Virus record (IMG/VR): IMGVR_UViG_3300044814_000019
Coordinates: 1 to 53,810 of that record
DNA length: 53,810 nucleotides
Origin: a virus
Taxonomy: Duplodnaviria; Caudoviricetes
Reading direction: 5' to 3' (one strand)
The notes under the pieces are model-generated. The model searched no databases. It worked only from the letters and a program-made list of their open reading frames with translations, and was not told the DNA's origin. The stretch's first letter is position 1. The number at the start of each line of letters is the position of its first letter. Of this stretch, positions 27,126-36,095 are shown piece after piece. A program made the position numbers and the translations under genes.

Positions 27126-27146
27126 ATATGGACCTTTTGGAATTTA

Positions 27147-27305
27147 GGGGGCGGTGTGCATCCATTAGCCGCCCCCAAGGACGCAGTGGTGCGCCCTTTA
27201 TGAATGCAGAGGTTGGCTGCTTTGAACGCTGCAACATCCGGAGCCCGACGCGCCGCAAACAGCCTTTCTTTACCGATCCCTCTGCTGACCGGCCCTACAC
27301 CGCGC
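27147..27305 (-). ncRNA. candidate structured RNA / leader in the intergenic region
   Basis: Nested stems and two further hairpins, with G-U pairs favouring the minus strand. Confidence 0.35.
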
Positions 27306-27309
27306 CGGG

Positions 27310-27741
27310 CTATGCGTTCATCAGCTTGGCGATGTTCTCCAGCCCCGGAACCGCGAGCTTGGGCAGGAAAACAGCCTTGATCTGGTCCATGGTGGCGGCA
27401 CTGGCTTCCGCACCGCATTGACCCCGGAACCAGTTCAGCACCGCGTCGGCAGGCTGACCGCTGGCGATTGCGCTGTCGATGCGGGCGACGATACGCTGAA
27501 CGAGGCCCGCAACAGTCGGATCGACAGTGGGCTGCCCAGCTGCGCCGGGAAACTGCGGCGGTGTGAACGCGGCCGGCGGGGGTGCAGGATTGAACGCAGT
27601 GGACTGCCCCTGGGGGGGCATCAGCGGGGGCGGGGCCTGCGTCGTGCCGGCCGGCTGGCCATCGTCGTCCTTGCCGCCGCGCGGATTCTTGATACGAGCC
27701 TTGAACTCCGCTTCGTTTTCGAATTCGACCGTGATCTTCAT
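27310..27741 (-). CDS. hypothetical replication-module protein with Pro/Ala linker
   Basis: RBS GGAGAG. MKITVEF N-terminus and helical C-domain. Confidence 0.75.
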   Translation of the reverse strand: MKITVEFENEAEFKARIKNPRGGKDDDGQPAGTTQAPPPLMPPQGQSTAFNPAPPPAAFTPPQFPGAAGQPTVDPTVAGLVQRIVARIDSAIASGQPADAVLNWFRGQCGAEASAATMDQIKAVFLPKLAVPGLENIAKLMNA

Positions 27742-27819
27742 ATTTCGCTCTCCGTGGTTTGATGACGCAAATGTATGACAAAGTTTTAGGGGTGCGTCAA
27801 CACCCTATTTCCGTACAAG

Positions 27820-29451
27820 TCATTTTTTGTGTATCTGTCTTTGCGTATCATACAGAGCCGCCGCGATATAGCGTCCATTCAGCGCGCGTATGAGGTACAC
27901 CGAATGTACGTCGGGCAGTACCTCATACGGCCACAACGCCGTAGTGTATCGCGTCGTCAAAGTCCAGCCGCCCGAAGGATTCTTGACCGGCGGACTGACG
28001 ATTTCTTGCCAAGGACTGCTTTCCACTATTTTGCGAATGCTGACGGCTTCGTTCGCACCGCCTCGCATTTTCAGATCCTTGCCGGCTGCCATGACCACGG
28101 TATTGTCAAAACCACAGAACGGGCAGAGCGGATGCAAAAATGCGGCATACGTTTCTTCGCACGCCGCGCATGTCTTTATTTCGGATTGCTGTTGACGGCA
28201 GTGCGGGCAGCGCATGCCGTGAAAATGCGGATCGAATCGTTCGTCGCAGCTCTTGCACTTCGGCGCGCTCCGGTGCAGCGTTTGGCACTCCGGGCACGTC
28301 TTACCGTTTTCCCACGTCTCCCATTCGGCTGTGCACGGGTCCGCTTCGCATTCCAGTAACCGGCCCGGTGCCGCCATGACGGCGTCGAGGGTGCCGTGGC
28401 GCTGAATGTTGCCGCCAAAATCCGACACTAGACAGTTAGCTGCATACGGCGTTATGCGGGCGCCGCGCCCCAGCGATTGCGCGTACAGTACAGCGGACTT
28501 GGTAGCTCGGCAGAACGCCATATAATCAATGTCGATGACGTTAAAGCCCGTCGTGAACATGTTGCACGATACGAGGACTTCCGCGCGCCCGGCTTTGAAT
28601 GCATCCACAGCTTTGTCACGCTTGCCTGTGATCGACCGCGAGTGCACTCCAACAACCGAAGCACCGCGCTTTTGCAGCTCAGCTTCCATCCTATCGACGT
28701 GCTCGATATTACAGCAAAACACCAACACGCGGCGACGGCCGTATTTTTGCATCACGTCCAAGATGGTTTTCGCGTGGCTCGGCGACAGCTTGATTGCGCG
28801 TGGCGCCATCTCGTCCATGTCGAAATCGCCGGCTACGGTTTTCAGCCCCGCCACTTCGATTGTTTCATCTTCACCGGCATCCACCGGGACCAGTGGTTTA
28901 ACGTAACCGTCGCGGAGCGCGTCGAGGAAAGTATACTTGAAAACAACCGGACCGAATGTGCGGTTGAGATCGCCGGTACCGTCTGATCGAAATGGCGTCG
29001 CGGTCAATCCGTGGACTTTGGTTTGCGCGAGTTTATCGAAAAGCCGCCGGTATTGCGACGACTTAGCGGGCGGCGTCCGGTGAACTTCGTCCACAAGAAT
29101 CGCCACCACGTCACGGAAAAGGTGAAGTCTACTAACGATTGTTCCGATAGTTCCGACTGTAACTCGGGCGAAGGCGTTGACGCTAATGGATGCTGAACAG
29201 ACGCCAGGGATGCACCCAAGTTGTTTGCATGCTTCGGCATTTTGAACCACCAGTTCTTTGTTGTGCGCAACGATCAGTACGCGGCCGAATTGACTGTAGT
29301 GAATTGCCAGCATCCCGAGCATGGCACTCTTGCCCGACGCGACGGACGCTTCGGCAACACTAAACCGTCCTTCGTGAGCAACAAGCGCTTGAACGCCCTC
29401 TATTTGATGACGGCGCGGTATGAAGGGTGCAAGGATCGGAGCCGGGTACAT
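27820..29451 (-). CDS. SF2 helicase (RadD/YejH-like) with C-terminal Zn fingers
   Basis: PRRHQ, SGKS, DEVH, GLTATPFR, FTTGFN, QSLGRGAR, multiple CxxC. Confidence 0.9.
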   Translation of the reverse strand: MYPAPILAPFIPRRHQIEGVQALVAHEGRFSVAEASVASGKSAMLGMLAIHYSQFGRVLIVAHNKELVVQNAEACKQLGCIPGVCSASISVNAFARVTVGTIGTIVSRLHLFRDVVAILVDEVHRTPPAKSSQYRRLFDKLAQTKVHGLTATPFRSDGTGDLNRTFGPVVFKYTFLDALRDGYVKPLVPVDAGEDETIEVAGLKTVAGDFDMDEMAPRAIKLSPSHAKTILDVMQKYGRRRVLVFCCNIEHVDRMEAELQKRGASVVGVHSRSITGKRDKAVDAFKAGRAEVLVSCNMFTTGFNVIDIDYMAFCRATKSAVLYAQSLGRGARITPYAANCLVSDFGGNIQRHGTLDAVMAAPGRLLECEADPCTAEWETWENGKTCPECQTLHRSAPKCKSCDERFDPHFHGMRCPHCRQQQSEIKTCAACEETYAAFLHPLCPFCGFDNTVVMAAGKDLKMRGGANEAVSIRKIVESSPWQEIVSPPVKNPSGGWTLTTRYTTALWPYEVLPDVHSVYLIRALNGRYIAAALYDTQRQIHKK

Positions 29452-29669
29452 CAGCGCTTTGCTCGCGTCTCGTTCTCATACCGCAGGCTGTCGTGGTACC
29501 AAAACTCACTTGCGAGCGCCGCACTTCGAAAACCAAGTCCGAAAAGCGCGGCACGGAAAACAACTTCACTGATAGTCCGCGCTTGAAACTCAGCAACTGC
29601 AGCGGCCAGCTTCGCGCGTTCGATTTCAGCGGCGTCAACCGGATCGTGTCTGCTGTTAATGCTCGGCAT
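29451..29669 (-). CDS. hypothetical protein
   Basis: Coupled ORF in the minus-strand operon. Confidence 0.6.
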   Translation of the reverse strand: MPSINSRHDPVDAAEIERAKLAAAVAEFQARTISEVVFRAALFGLGFRSAALASEFWYHDSLRYENETRAKR

Positions 29670-29934
29670 GGTTTTTCCCCAGGTATTGCATATCCCGATC
29701 AAGAGCTTCACGCAATTTAGCTAACGTAGCGTTAACAACGTCATCCTTGCTGGCATGGCTGCCCGCAATTGCCAGCGCCATGACGCCTGCCAAGCCGTCG
29801 ATGTACGCTGCGACGACATCCTGACCGCAGTGACGGCTTGTGCTGATTGTGTGCGCGAACACAATCATGTGTGTGCGTATCGCGTCACGGAGCGTGACGC
29901 CGGCCGCTGTCTCGATTTTTAAGCCGTCATCCAT
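29656..29934 (-). CDS. hypothetical protein
   Basis: RBS GGAG. Coupled ORF. Confidence 0.65.
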   Translation of the reverse strand: MDDGLKIETAAGVTLRDAIRTHMIVFAHTISTSRHCGQDVVAAYIDGLAGVMALAIAGSHASKDDVVNATLAKLREALDRDMQYLGKNHAEH

Positions 29935-30250
29935 TGTCCAGCTCCAGACCTAATTCACTTGCCAATTTCCAGACACGCGACATGATCTGCTGTACGGTCA
30001 TGTACTGCGTATTGACCTGCGGCATTCCGATATCTTGCAGCTCAATTGTCGTGCCGTCAAGGAATTTCACTTCGCCGCGCGGCACGATCTGGCCCCGTTG
30101 CGTGTTGGCCGTGAAAATCAGCATTGGATTGTTGGAATGCACCACAACTGCGGTATGCGTGACAGCGTACGCGAAATCGCTCTGCAGCAGCGCAACAATA
30201 TCCTCGACCGATCGAGGGTGTGGCTCCCATGGGAACAGTTCTTCAGTCAT
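29927..30250 (-). CDS. hypothetical protein (N-terminal LFPWE)
   Basis: ATGA-coupled to the methyltransferase. Confidence 0.65.
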   Translation of the reverse strand: MTEELFPWEPHPRSVEDIVALLQSDFAYAVTHTAVVVHSNNPMLIFTANTQRGQIVPRGEVKFLDGTTIELQDIGMPQVNTQYMTVQQIMSRVWKLASELGLELDNG

Positions 30251-31245
30251 GGCATGTACTGCATAGCCGCTTTTATGAATTCTTCGGCTTGCGGCGCGAC
30301 GATAGCATTACCGTAGCCCCGCAAAAGTCCCACTCGATTGGCAACCCCATGAGCCAGCGGGAATGAACTGGGTTCAACTGGCCGCCACTTGTCATCTTTG
30401 CATCGAAGCCAGTCAGCAGCTCGCCAGTAGCCGTTAGTCGAGCCGGTCCCGTTATTGAAGTCACCAAGGCTTGCGTTTTTCGGCCGCTGTCCGTACTGCC
30501 CGCAGCCGTTGTTGTTGGCCAGCCCGCTAGCCATGCCGAACGGCCAAGCAGGGCATTCGTCGGAACCGTCCCCTCGCTTGCTCCGTCCTTCCAATCCCGC
30601 GTTGTTGTTGTTGGCCAGCCCGCTAACTGAACTTGTAACTCCAGAGGTTGACCCATCCCCCTCCCATGCTTCGCTATGCATCGAGCGTTCCGGGCTTCGT
30701 AATCGGACAGTTTCGGCGTCCCCCGCACCGTAAAAGCTCGTGGCGTAGGCCATCCAATAAAGCCGCTGTCTGATGTGCGGCGCCCCGAAGCCCGCAGCGC
30801 ATTGATCGAGCGCCCCGAAGGCGTAGTTCGTACCTTCCATGTCAGATTGTACAAGGTCGAGCCAAGCAAGTCCGTCCGGACTCGCAACCTGCTCGCCAAA
30901 AACGACGTCAGGTCTACACTGCTCGATAAGATGGAAAAACGCAGGCCATAAGTGCCGCTCGTCAGTAAACCCCGCGCCTTGGCCTGCTTGGCTGAAAGGT
31001 TGGCATGGGCAAGAACCGCTCCAGCTTTGCCGATCATCGGGCCACCCGGCGCGACGCATGGCGTAAGACCAGACACCGATGCCGGCGAAGAAATGGCATT
31101 GCGTGTACTTGGCAAGCTCCAAGGGAGTAACATCTTCGATGCTCCTTTCGTCGACATCGCCGGGTGCGATCATGTTCGCAGCAATCAATTTGCGCAGCCA
31201 CTCGGCTGCGAACGGGTCTTTTTCATTGTAGTAGGCTATTCCCAC
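30247..31245 (-). CDS. C5 DNA cytosine methyltransferase, alpha subunit
   Basis: FFAGIG (motif I), SCPCQPFS (IV), GEQV (VI), PHIRQRLY (VIII), GYGNAIV (X). Confidence 0.9.
   Translation of the reverse strand: MGIAYYNEKDPFAAEWLRKLIAANMIAPGDVDERSIEDVTPLELAKYTQCHFFAGIGVWSYAMRRAGWPDDRQSWSGSCPCQPFSQAGQGAGFTDERHLWPAFFHLIEQCRPDVVFGEQVASPDGLAWLDLVQSDMEGTNYAFGALDQCAAGFGAPHIRQRLYWMAYATSFYGAGDAETVRLRSPERSMHSEAWEGDGSTSGVTSSVSGLANNNNAGLEGRSKRGDGSDECPAWPFGMASGLANNNGCGQYGQRPKNASLGDFNNGTGSTNGYWRAADWLRCKDDKWRPVEPSSFPLAHGVANRVGLLRGYGNAIVAPQAEEFIKAAMQYMP
30273..31157 (-). CDS. overprinted methyltransferase beta subunit (TRD/motif IX), true start uncertain
   Basis: Long alternative-frame ORF with three GWPT repeats and LNPVHSRWLMGLPIEW (motif IX-like). 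Confidence 0.65.
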   Translation of the reverse strand: MSTKGASKMLLPWSLPSTRNAISSPASVSGLTPCVAPGGPMIGKAGAVLAHANLSAKQAKARGLLTSGTYGLRFSILSSSVDLTSFLASRLRVRTDLLGSTLYNLTWKVRTTPSGRSINALRASGRRTSDSGFIGWPTPRAFTVRGTPKLSDYEARNARCIAKHGRGMGQPLELQVQLAGWPTTTTRDWKDGASEGTVPTNALLGRSAWLAGWPTTTAAGSTDSGRKTQALVTSITGPARLTATGELLTGFDAKMTSGGQLNPVHSRWLMGLPIEWDFCGATVMLSSRRKPKNS

Positions 31246-31285
31246 GGCATCTTCTTTCGTAAATAGCTCGCATCCATCGGGTACA

Positions 31286-31870
31286 CTATTTCTCCGTCGC
31301 CGTCGTCCCAGACCACGGAAATCTCTGCATCTGCTTTTTCAGTTTTTCAACAAGTTTCTCTAGTTCTTCAATACTAGCGTCGCTTTTTATTCTGTTGGCC
31401 CGGTTACTGATAACCCACACGTTGCCGCGAACATAACCTAACGATGCCACTATTTTATCTAGTGAGGGAGACGCATCGTTAAATTTTCCCCTTCCTACTT
31501 TCAGCTCCGTACCAAACACCGGGCAGAATGCGGGTACTTGTACGTCATTTTCCGTGATGTTGAATGGGATGTTTCTTTCGGCTGCTCTTTTCTTTGCGCT
31601 TTTAAGCGAAATTTTTATAAAATCTTTTTCGTATCGCCTTCGCTCGCGCTCTTTTGCCAAGGCGGGGTCCACGGCGTACCGTTTGCGGTCTGACTCTCTG
31701 CGGCGTTCTGGGTACCTGTCGCGGTGTCTTTTATTTGCGTTTCTTCTGCACTGCATGCACTGACCGCGCTTGTCTCGGCCCGCGTCATGTCCGTTCCTGC
31801 ATGTATCACCCACGGCGTAGGCTGGTATGTCGTGTGTGCCAGAGGCGTGTGGGTCGCACCAAGGAAACAT
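31286..31870 (-). CDS. HNH/endonuclease VII-like homing endonuclease
   Basis: CRNGH..CMQC, CPVFG..PSLDKI..GYVRGNVWVISNRANRIK. Confidence 0.8.
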   Translation of the reverse strand: MFPWCDPHASGTHDIPAYAVGDTCRNGHDAGRDKRGQCMQCRRNANKRHRDRYPERRRESDRKRYAVDPALAKERERRRYEKDFIKISLKSAKKRAAERNIPFNITENDVQVPAFCPVFGTELKVGRGKFNDASPSLDKIVASLGYVRGNVWVISNRANRIKSDASIEELEKLVEKLKKQMQRFPWSGTTATEK

Positions 31871-31930
31871 CGTCGCCCGTCCATTTCCTTTTTACCGCAC
31901 GCGCAGATGCCGTCCCACTCGCCGTTCGCA

Positions 31931-32119
31931 TCAACGCCCATCGTCTTCGCCTGGAAACCCCTCTTGACGAGAGACGATGGCAATGCCGTGCATGTCGATT
32001 TCACCCTCATCGTTAATTGCGTGTTCGTAACCGGCCGCCTCCATTTTGTTGTATATTTCTTTATACGCGGCCCTGCTGACTTCCATAGTTACGTACGTAT
32101 GTGTCTGTCTTATTACCAC
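31931..32119 (-). CDS. small hypothetical protein
   Basis: THTYVTMEVSRAAYKEI..AAGYEHA..IDMHGIA. Confidence 0.6.
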   Translation of the reverse strand: MVIRQTHTYVTMEVSRAAYKEIYNKMEAAGYEHAINDEGEIDMHGIAIVSRQEGFPGEDDGR

Positions 32120-34161
32120 GGAAAGCTCTCCTTCGGTATTTCGATTGTGAACGGAATAGTCAATTCTTGCCGTACGCTGCCGGCCGGCGGATATATAACA
32201 AAAAACGGAAAACCGTACAAGGCCCGAAGGTGCCCGCTGTCCATTAAATTTTTCAAACCGTCTTCGAACATTTTTTTGGCGGCGTCCTTACTGACGACGT
32301 AGCCGGGTACTTCGCCCTTGATAGCGTGACCAACTTCGGCCGCTACGCTGTCAAATCTGACGACGCTGCCCGCTCGCAGGGCGTCCATGCCCGCAGCCGT
32401 AACGCCCGGCAGCATCGCGGCCAGCCTGAGCACCGCGGACTGCTCCTTGTTCTCTTTGATGATCTCGGAAGTGCGCTTAAACACGTTAACCGTTGTTGTA
32501 CGCCCCTTCGCGTCTTTACCGTAGTTCTCCGAGACGATTCGGCCGGTATAACTCTTGGCCTTCGGCGCTCCGCGCGCCTTGCCACAATCGACCGATACGT
32601 AATCGTTGCGAGTGCCAGTGACGCGGTACACAAAGCCGCTATTGCCGGTTTTGGCGCCGTTGCCTTTCTGCCACGCGTCTTCGTTGCCGAGCGGCAAGTG
32701 ATCAGTGACGACCAAAGCCGCGTTTGTACGGCGCGCTACGCTTTTCAAGATGAACATGGCTTTTAGGACAGCTTCAGTATCGTTGTCGGCAAAACAAAGG
32801 CCCGACGCTCCCCAAGTATCTAGCACGATCATATCGACGCGCTTGCCCATCGCAGCTAGTGCTTGCACTTGGGCCACACACTGCTGTTCGAAGGCCATCG
32901 GTTCGTTAACACTGTGAATCAAATGAAACCGCAGCCTCAATTCGAGCGCATTCGGCTCTTGTCGTAACAAGTGCCTTACGCGTCGTTCTGTGCCGTAATC
33001 ATCTTCGGCGGCGACCCATAATACGTGACCATCGACGCGTTCGTTATCGGCGTCGAGCCACGCTTGCCCTCGTAGAAATTGCACAGCCATATCAGTAACG
33101 AGCGCGGACTTGCCGGCGCCGCTGTGCCCGGTGAAGAAATGAACTTCACCACAAAGTATCCGTTGATATAATAACCATGGTAACTCTGCACTGTCATCCT
33201 CCAATGAGATTTCAAAGCCCGATCGCAATTCCAGCGTCGGCATTGTTCGTGCATCGTTTAGTCCTTGCAGAATCGTACGTCGCGACATGATCGCTTGCAT
33301 GATCAGATTGCCACGTAAGACTGGTAGTTCGTCTTGTCGGCTTATTTCTTCGCCCAGCGTGCGGCCGCCAATGCCTTCGTCCAGGCTGTGACCGGCTTCT
33401 ATGATGGCGTCTTCAATCTCGCTTCGCGTACACATGGCATGCTGTGCAGCGAATTTCAGCACGCCAACAATTGCGAAGATCGTAGATCCTCGCCCTTCGG
33501 TTTTGCCTAGCAGTTCATGCTTGAGCATCCCGAGGTATCGAGCGGCAGCATCACGCCCAGCCTCCCACTCATCGTACGTTTGCGGCGCCGCGTATTTCAA
33601 TTCGTCGGCGCTAGCGGTTTCGTGGTCGGCCGTAAAGCGTAGCGACGTTCCGGCTCTTAGTGGGACCTCTGACAAAACCTTTTGCAGTTGTTCGGCTGTC
33701 AAACGCGGCCAGTCAGCATCCCAATTTTCCCAACGGTAATCTCGGCCGGTATCTTTGTGCGGGCCGAAAGCAACGAACTGGCCTCCCATCAACTGCAGCT
33801 TATTGCCGTCTGGGAAACTAAACGTGCGGCCCTGTACGGGTGCGTCAACAAGATAAAACGGAATCAAGAACCTCGGCTCGCGACCCCAGCGCACGGGGAT
33901 ACTCGGACCTAATACGGAACGAAACGCTGCGAGCAATCGTTGTGATACCTGCGGGTCCGAATGGTCACAGTCGAAAGCGGTCAGTCCGTTATCGCCGCAG
34001 CGGAGTCCTACGCCGCCCGCGCCTGGGTGCGCGATTGGGTAGGTCCATATATTCCAACCCTCACCGATCGGGGCTTTGGAATTTCGGGCAATGGCCAGTG
34101 GGAACAGGCCGCGCGCGATGGCGGCGTCCCAGAAGGCTTGCAGGTCAGGCGGAAAAGACAC
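32113..34161 (-). CDS. primase-polymerase fused to RecA-like (AAA_25) helicase
   Basis: N-terminal SKAPIGEGW..GVGLRCG..AFDCD..QFVAFGPH. Walker A GHSGAGKS, Walker B IVLDT. Confidence 0.85.
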   Translation of the reverse strand: MSFPPDLQAFWDAAIARGLFPLAIARNSKAPIGEGWNIWTYPIAHPGAGGVGLRCGDNGLTAFDCDHSDPQVSQRLLAAFRSVLGPSIPVRWGREPRFLIPFYLVDAPVQGRTFSFPDGNKLQLMGGQFVAFGPHKDTGRDYRWENWDADWPRLTAEQLQKVLSEVPLRAGTSLRFTADHETASADELKYAAPQTYDEWEAGRDAAARYLGMLKHELLGKTEGRGSTIFAIVGVLKFAAQHAMCTRSEIEDAIIEAGHSLDEGIGGRTLGEEISRQDELPVLRGNLIMQAIMSRRTILQGLNDARTMPTLELRSGFEISLEDDSAELPWLLYQRILCGEVHFFTGHSGAGKSALVTDMAVQFLRGQAWLDADNERVDGHVLWVAAEDDYGTERRVRHLLRQEPNALELRLRFHLIHSVNEPMAFEQQCVAQVQALAAMGKRVDMIVLDTWGASGLCFADNDTEAVLKAMFILKSVARRTNAALVVTDHLPLGNEDAWQKGNGAKTGNSGFVYRVTGTRNDYVSVDCGKARGAPKAKSYTGRIVSENYGKDAKGRTTTVNVFKRTSEIIKENKEQSAVLRLAAMLPGVTAAGMDALRAGSVVRFDSVAAEVGHAIKGEVPGYVVSKDAAKKMFEDGLKNLMDSGHLRALYGFPFFVIYPPAGSVRQELTIPFTIEIPKESFPW

Positions 34162-34174
34162 GTTGACGCCCGAG

Positions 34175-34810
34175 TCAGGGCGTCAACACATTTGGCGGGA
34201 ACGCGGTAATGATGTCCGTGCGTTGACGCACCCGTTCCACCGCCGCCGCATTCGCCGCCCACGCCGCATTCGCCGCATTCGCCGCATTCGCCGCCGCCCC
34301 CGCCGCCCACGCCGCCGCCCCCGCCGCCCACGCCGCCGCCCCCGCCGCCCACGCCGCCGCCCCCGCCGCATCCGCCGCCCACGCCGCCGCCCCCGCCGCA
34401 TCCGCCGCATTCGCCGCATCCGCCGCATTCGCCGCATTCGCCGCCGCCCACGCCGCCGCATCCAGGTCAACAGAGTTGTCGCCTTCGCACCATTTTTTGA
34501 CTGCAGCGATACAGTCATGCACCCTGGCATCCGCTGTGTGCACAGATGCCCTCGCGACAGCTGGCACTATGGTACTGGATATGACGCGCCTGCGAACCGA
34601 AATATCGGACCAATTCAGCACGCGAATGCACCAGAGGGCGTCAGCAACGCCATTTGCTTGCGCTATGTCTCCGAGTGAAAGACGGGTATTCATCGGTGTT
34701 TTTGCCGGGAGCGCGCCGAGCAACTGCGACCATCCGGTCGCACATGGATGCGCATTGCTAATGTCTTGCAACGTGAATAAAATCTTTTTACGGTGAGGGT
34801 GGTTTACCAT
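34175..34810 (-). CDS. hypothetical protein with AAWAA/AANAA low-complexity tract
   Basis: PCATGW..NGVADALWC. GCG-rich repeat tract. Confidence 0.75.
   Translation of the reverse strand: MVNHPHRKKILFTLQDISNAHPCATGWSQLLGALPAKTPMNTRLSLGDIAQANGVADALWCIRVLNWSDISVRRRVISSTIVPAVARASVHTADARVHDCIAAVKKWCEGDNSVDLDAAAWAAANAANAADAANAADAAGAAAWAADAAGAAAWAAGAAAWAAGAAAWAAGAAANAANAANAAWAANAAAVERVRQRTDIITAFPPNVLTP
34240..34462. repeat. coding low-complexity tandem repeats (9- and 21-bp units)
   Basis: (CGCCGCATT)n and CGCCGCCCCCGCCGCCCACGC units. Confidence 0.85.
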
Positions 34811-34884
34811 GGTCGAATACTCCGCCCACTGAGGGTCCGCGAGGCGCCGGCATTTGAAAGGCTACGCTCGTTGAGTTGGAGGTG

Positions 34885-35097
34885 TCAAGCGATTTCATCC
34901 ATAAGAAAAACCACCAAATCGACGACAATGTCTCGCAGCGCTTCGATGGTGTACAATTCACCGGCGCGAAGACGAATTTTATAAAGCTCTTTCTTACGCC
35001 ATTCTCCCATCAGTATTTCACGAGCTTCGTGAAATCCGCACGAGTGCGTGTCGCGGTACGCTCTGATCTCAGTTCCGGTTGGTTTCAGATTCATCAT
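34885..35097 (-). CDS. small hypothetical protein
   Basis: RBS GGAG. ATGA-coupled. Confidence 0.6.
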   Translation of the reverse strand: MMNLKPTGTEIRAYRDTHSCGFHEAREILMGEWRKKELYKIRLRAGELYTIEALRDIVVDLVVFLMDEIA

Positions 35098-35264
35098 ATC
35101 GTCTCCACCCAAACGCTGATTATGATATGCGCGAAGAACGCCGCGCCGATCAGCAACGCACTGCCGACAATAATGCGCGCTGTGCGTTCGCCGAAAGCGA
35201 ACGCGATGGCGGCGACAATCGCGAAGATGCCGAGTGCGCCACCGTGGCTGTGATGGTGCCTCAT
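35094..35264 (-). CDS. small two-TM membrane protein
   Basis: MRHHHSHGGALGIFAIVAAIAFAFG..IIVGSALLIGAAFFAHIII. Confidence 0.6.
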   Translation of the reverse strand: MRHHHSHGGALGIFAIVAAIAFAFGERTARIIVGSALLIGAAFFAHIIISVWVETI

Positions 35265-35356
35265 GGCATTACCAGAATAAGAATGCATGCCCATGCGTAG
35301 AAAAGTGTTGCGACGCCGACCAGCAACACAAATGCGGTAATCTTTGCGTCGCTCAT
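35261..35356 (-). CDS. 31-aa single-TM peptide
   Basis: MSDAKITAFVLLVGVATLFYAWACILILVMP, ATGA-coupled at both ends. Confidence 0.6.
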   Translation of the reverse strand: MSDAKITAFVLLVGVATLFYAWACILILVMP

Positions 35357-35574
35357 GGCTCGTAACTCACTTCGGGTAGCAATGCGTTTGCTGGCGCCGT
35401 TACGCGTCCTACTCGCCACACATTGCCGTCGTTAGGATCAGCTACGACGCGGTAGCAGTACAGGCGGGCCTTATCGTCGCGTTTGAATTCTCCGGGCGCT
35501 GCGCTGTTCTCGAAAACGGCGCGCTTGCGGGCACCTTCATACGTCTTGTATTTCTGTGCAATCAGTTTCATCAT
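35353..35574 (-). CDS. small early hypothetical protein
   Basis: RBS GGAG. Coupled ORF. Confidence 0.6.
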   Translation of the reverse strand: MMKLIAQKYKTYEGARKRAVFENSAAPGEFKRDDKARLYCYRVVADPNDGNVWRVGRVTAPANALLPEVSYEP

Positions 35575-35738
35575 ACAGACTCCGTCTCAAACTGCTTCCA
35601 CCACTCGATCGATTGCGCGTATTGAAGCACCTCGACCATGTCTTTGCAAGCCTGGTCGAATTCGTTGGTGGTGGCAAGCGCCAGCTTGCGGGCGGCTTCC
35701 TGCACTAATTCCTTGTCGGTCTTTATTCGGTTGATCAT
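35571..35738 (-). CDS. small early hypothetical protein (55 aa)
   Basis: MINRIKTDKELVQEAARKL..., preceded by the conserved leader and a TTGACA promoter. Confidence 0.65.
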   Translation of the reverse strand: MINRIKTDKELVQEAARKLALATTNEFDQACKDMVEVLQYAQSIEWWKQFETESV

Positions 35739-35768
35739 TTTGCGCTCTCCAGCGGTTTGAGTGGTTAT

Positions 35769-35797
35769 GTTCTAGCGTACGTACGGAGGACTGTCAA
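35769..35797 (-). promoter_or_regulatory. early sigma70 promoter TTGACA-N17-TAGAAC
   Basis: Canonical -35 and 17-bp spacer, with the leader motif downstream. Confidence 0.65.
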
Positions 35798-35808
35798 GCC
35801 TCACTCGC

Positions 35809-36018
35809 CTAGGCGGCTCGCAAGAGCCGCCGTTTGTTACCGGCCACATTCGACCACTTGGCGATTCGGCCCATGTGATACTCAATTGAGGCGCGTAATT
35901 CGGTTTCGCTCGAAAGCGGCGCACAACCGTGAATTGACAAGATGTCTTGCGAAATGATTGCCGGGTGGTTCTGGATTTGGGTGAGGGCGGCGATCAGGTC
36001 TTGGCGGCGGATGTTCAT
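35809..36018 (-). CDS. small early hypothetical protein
   Basis: MNIRRQDL..., preceded by the leader AACCGCTGGAGAGCG. Confidence 0.7.
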   Translation of the reverse strand: MNIRRQDLIAALTQIQNHPAIISQDILSIHGCAPLSSETELRASIEYHMGRIAKWSNVAGNKRRLLRAA

Positions 36019-36055
36019 TTTTCGCTCTCCAGCGGTTCGGCGTTTCGATGCCCAG

Positions 36056-36084
36056 AACGTACACACATGCCAGTACGCTGTCTA
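36056..36084 (-). promoter_or_regulatory. early promoter TAGACA-N17-TACGTT
   Basis: Near-identical to 36359-36387. Confidence 0.65.
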
Positions 36085-36095
36085 GTAACGAATTG

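Noticed and set aside
26799-27309. Group I intron carrying the HNH gene
   Set aside because: The flanking genes appear complete with their own start and stop codons, and no P7 core was recognised.
34008-34678. Arg-rich and Gly/Cys-rich ORFs (34008-34451, 34076-34678, 34183-34530)
   Set aside because: They are shadow frames of the GCG-rich repeat in the real gene 34175-34810.
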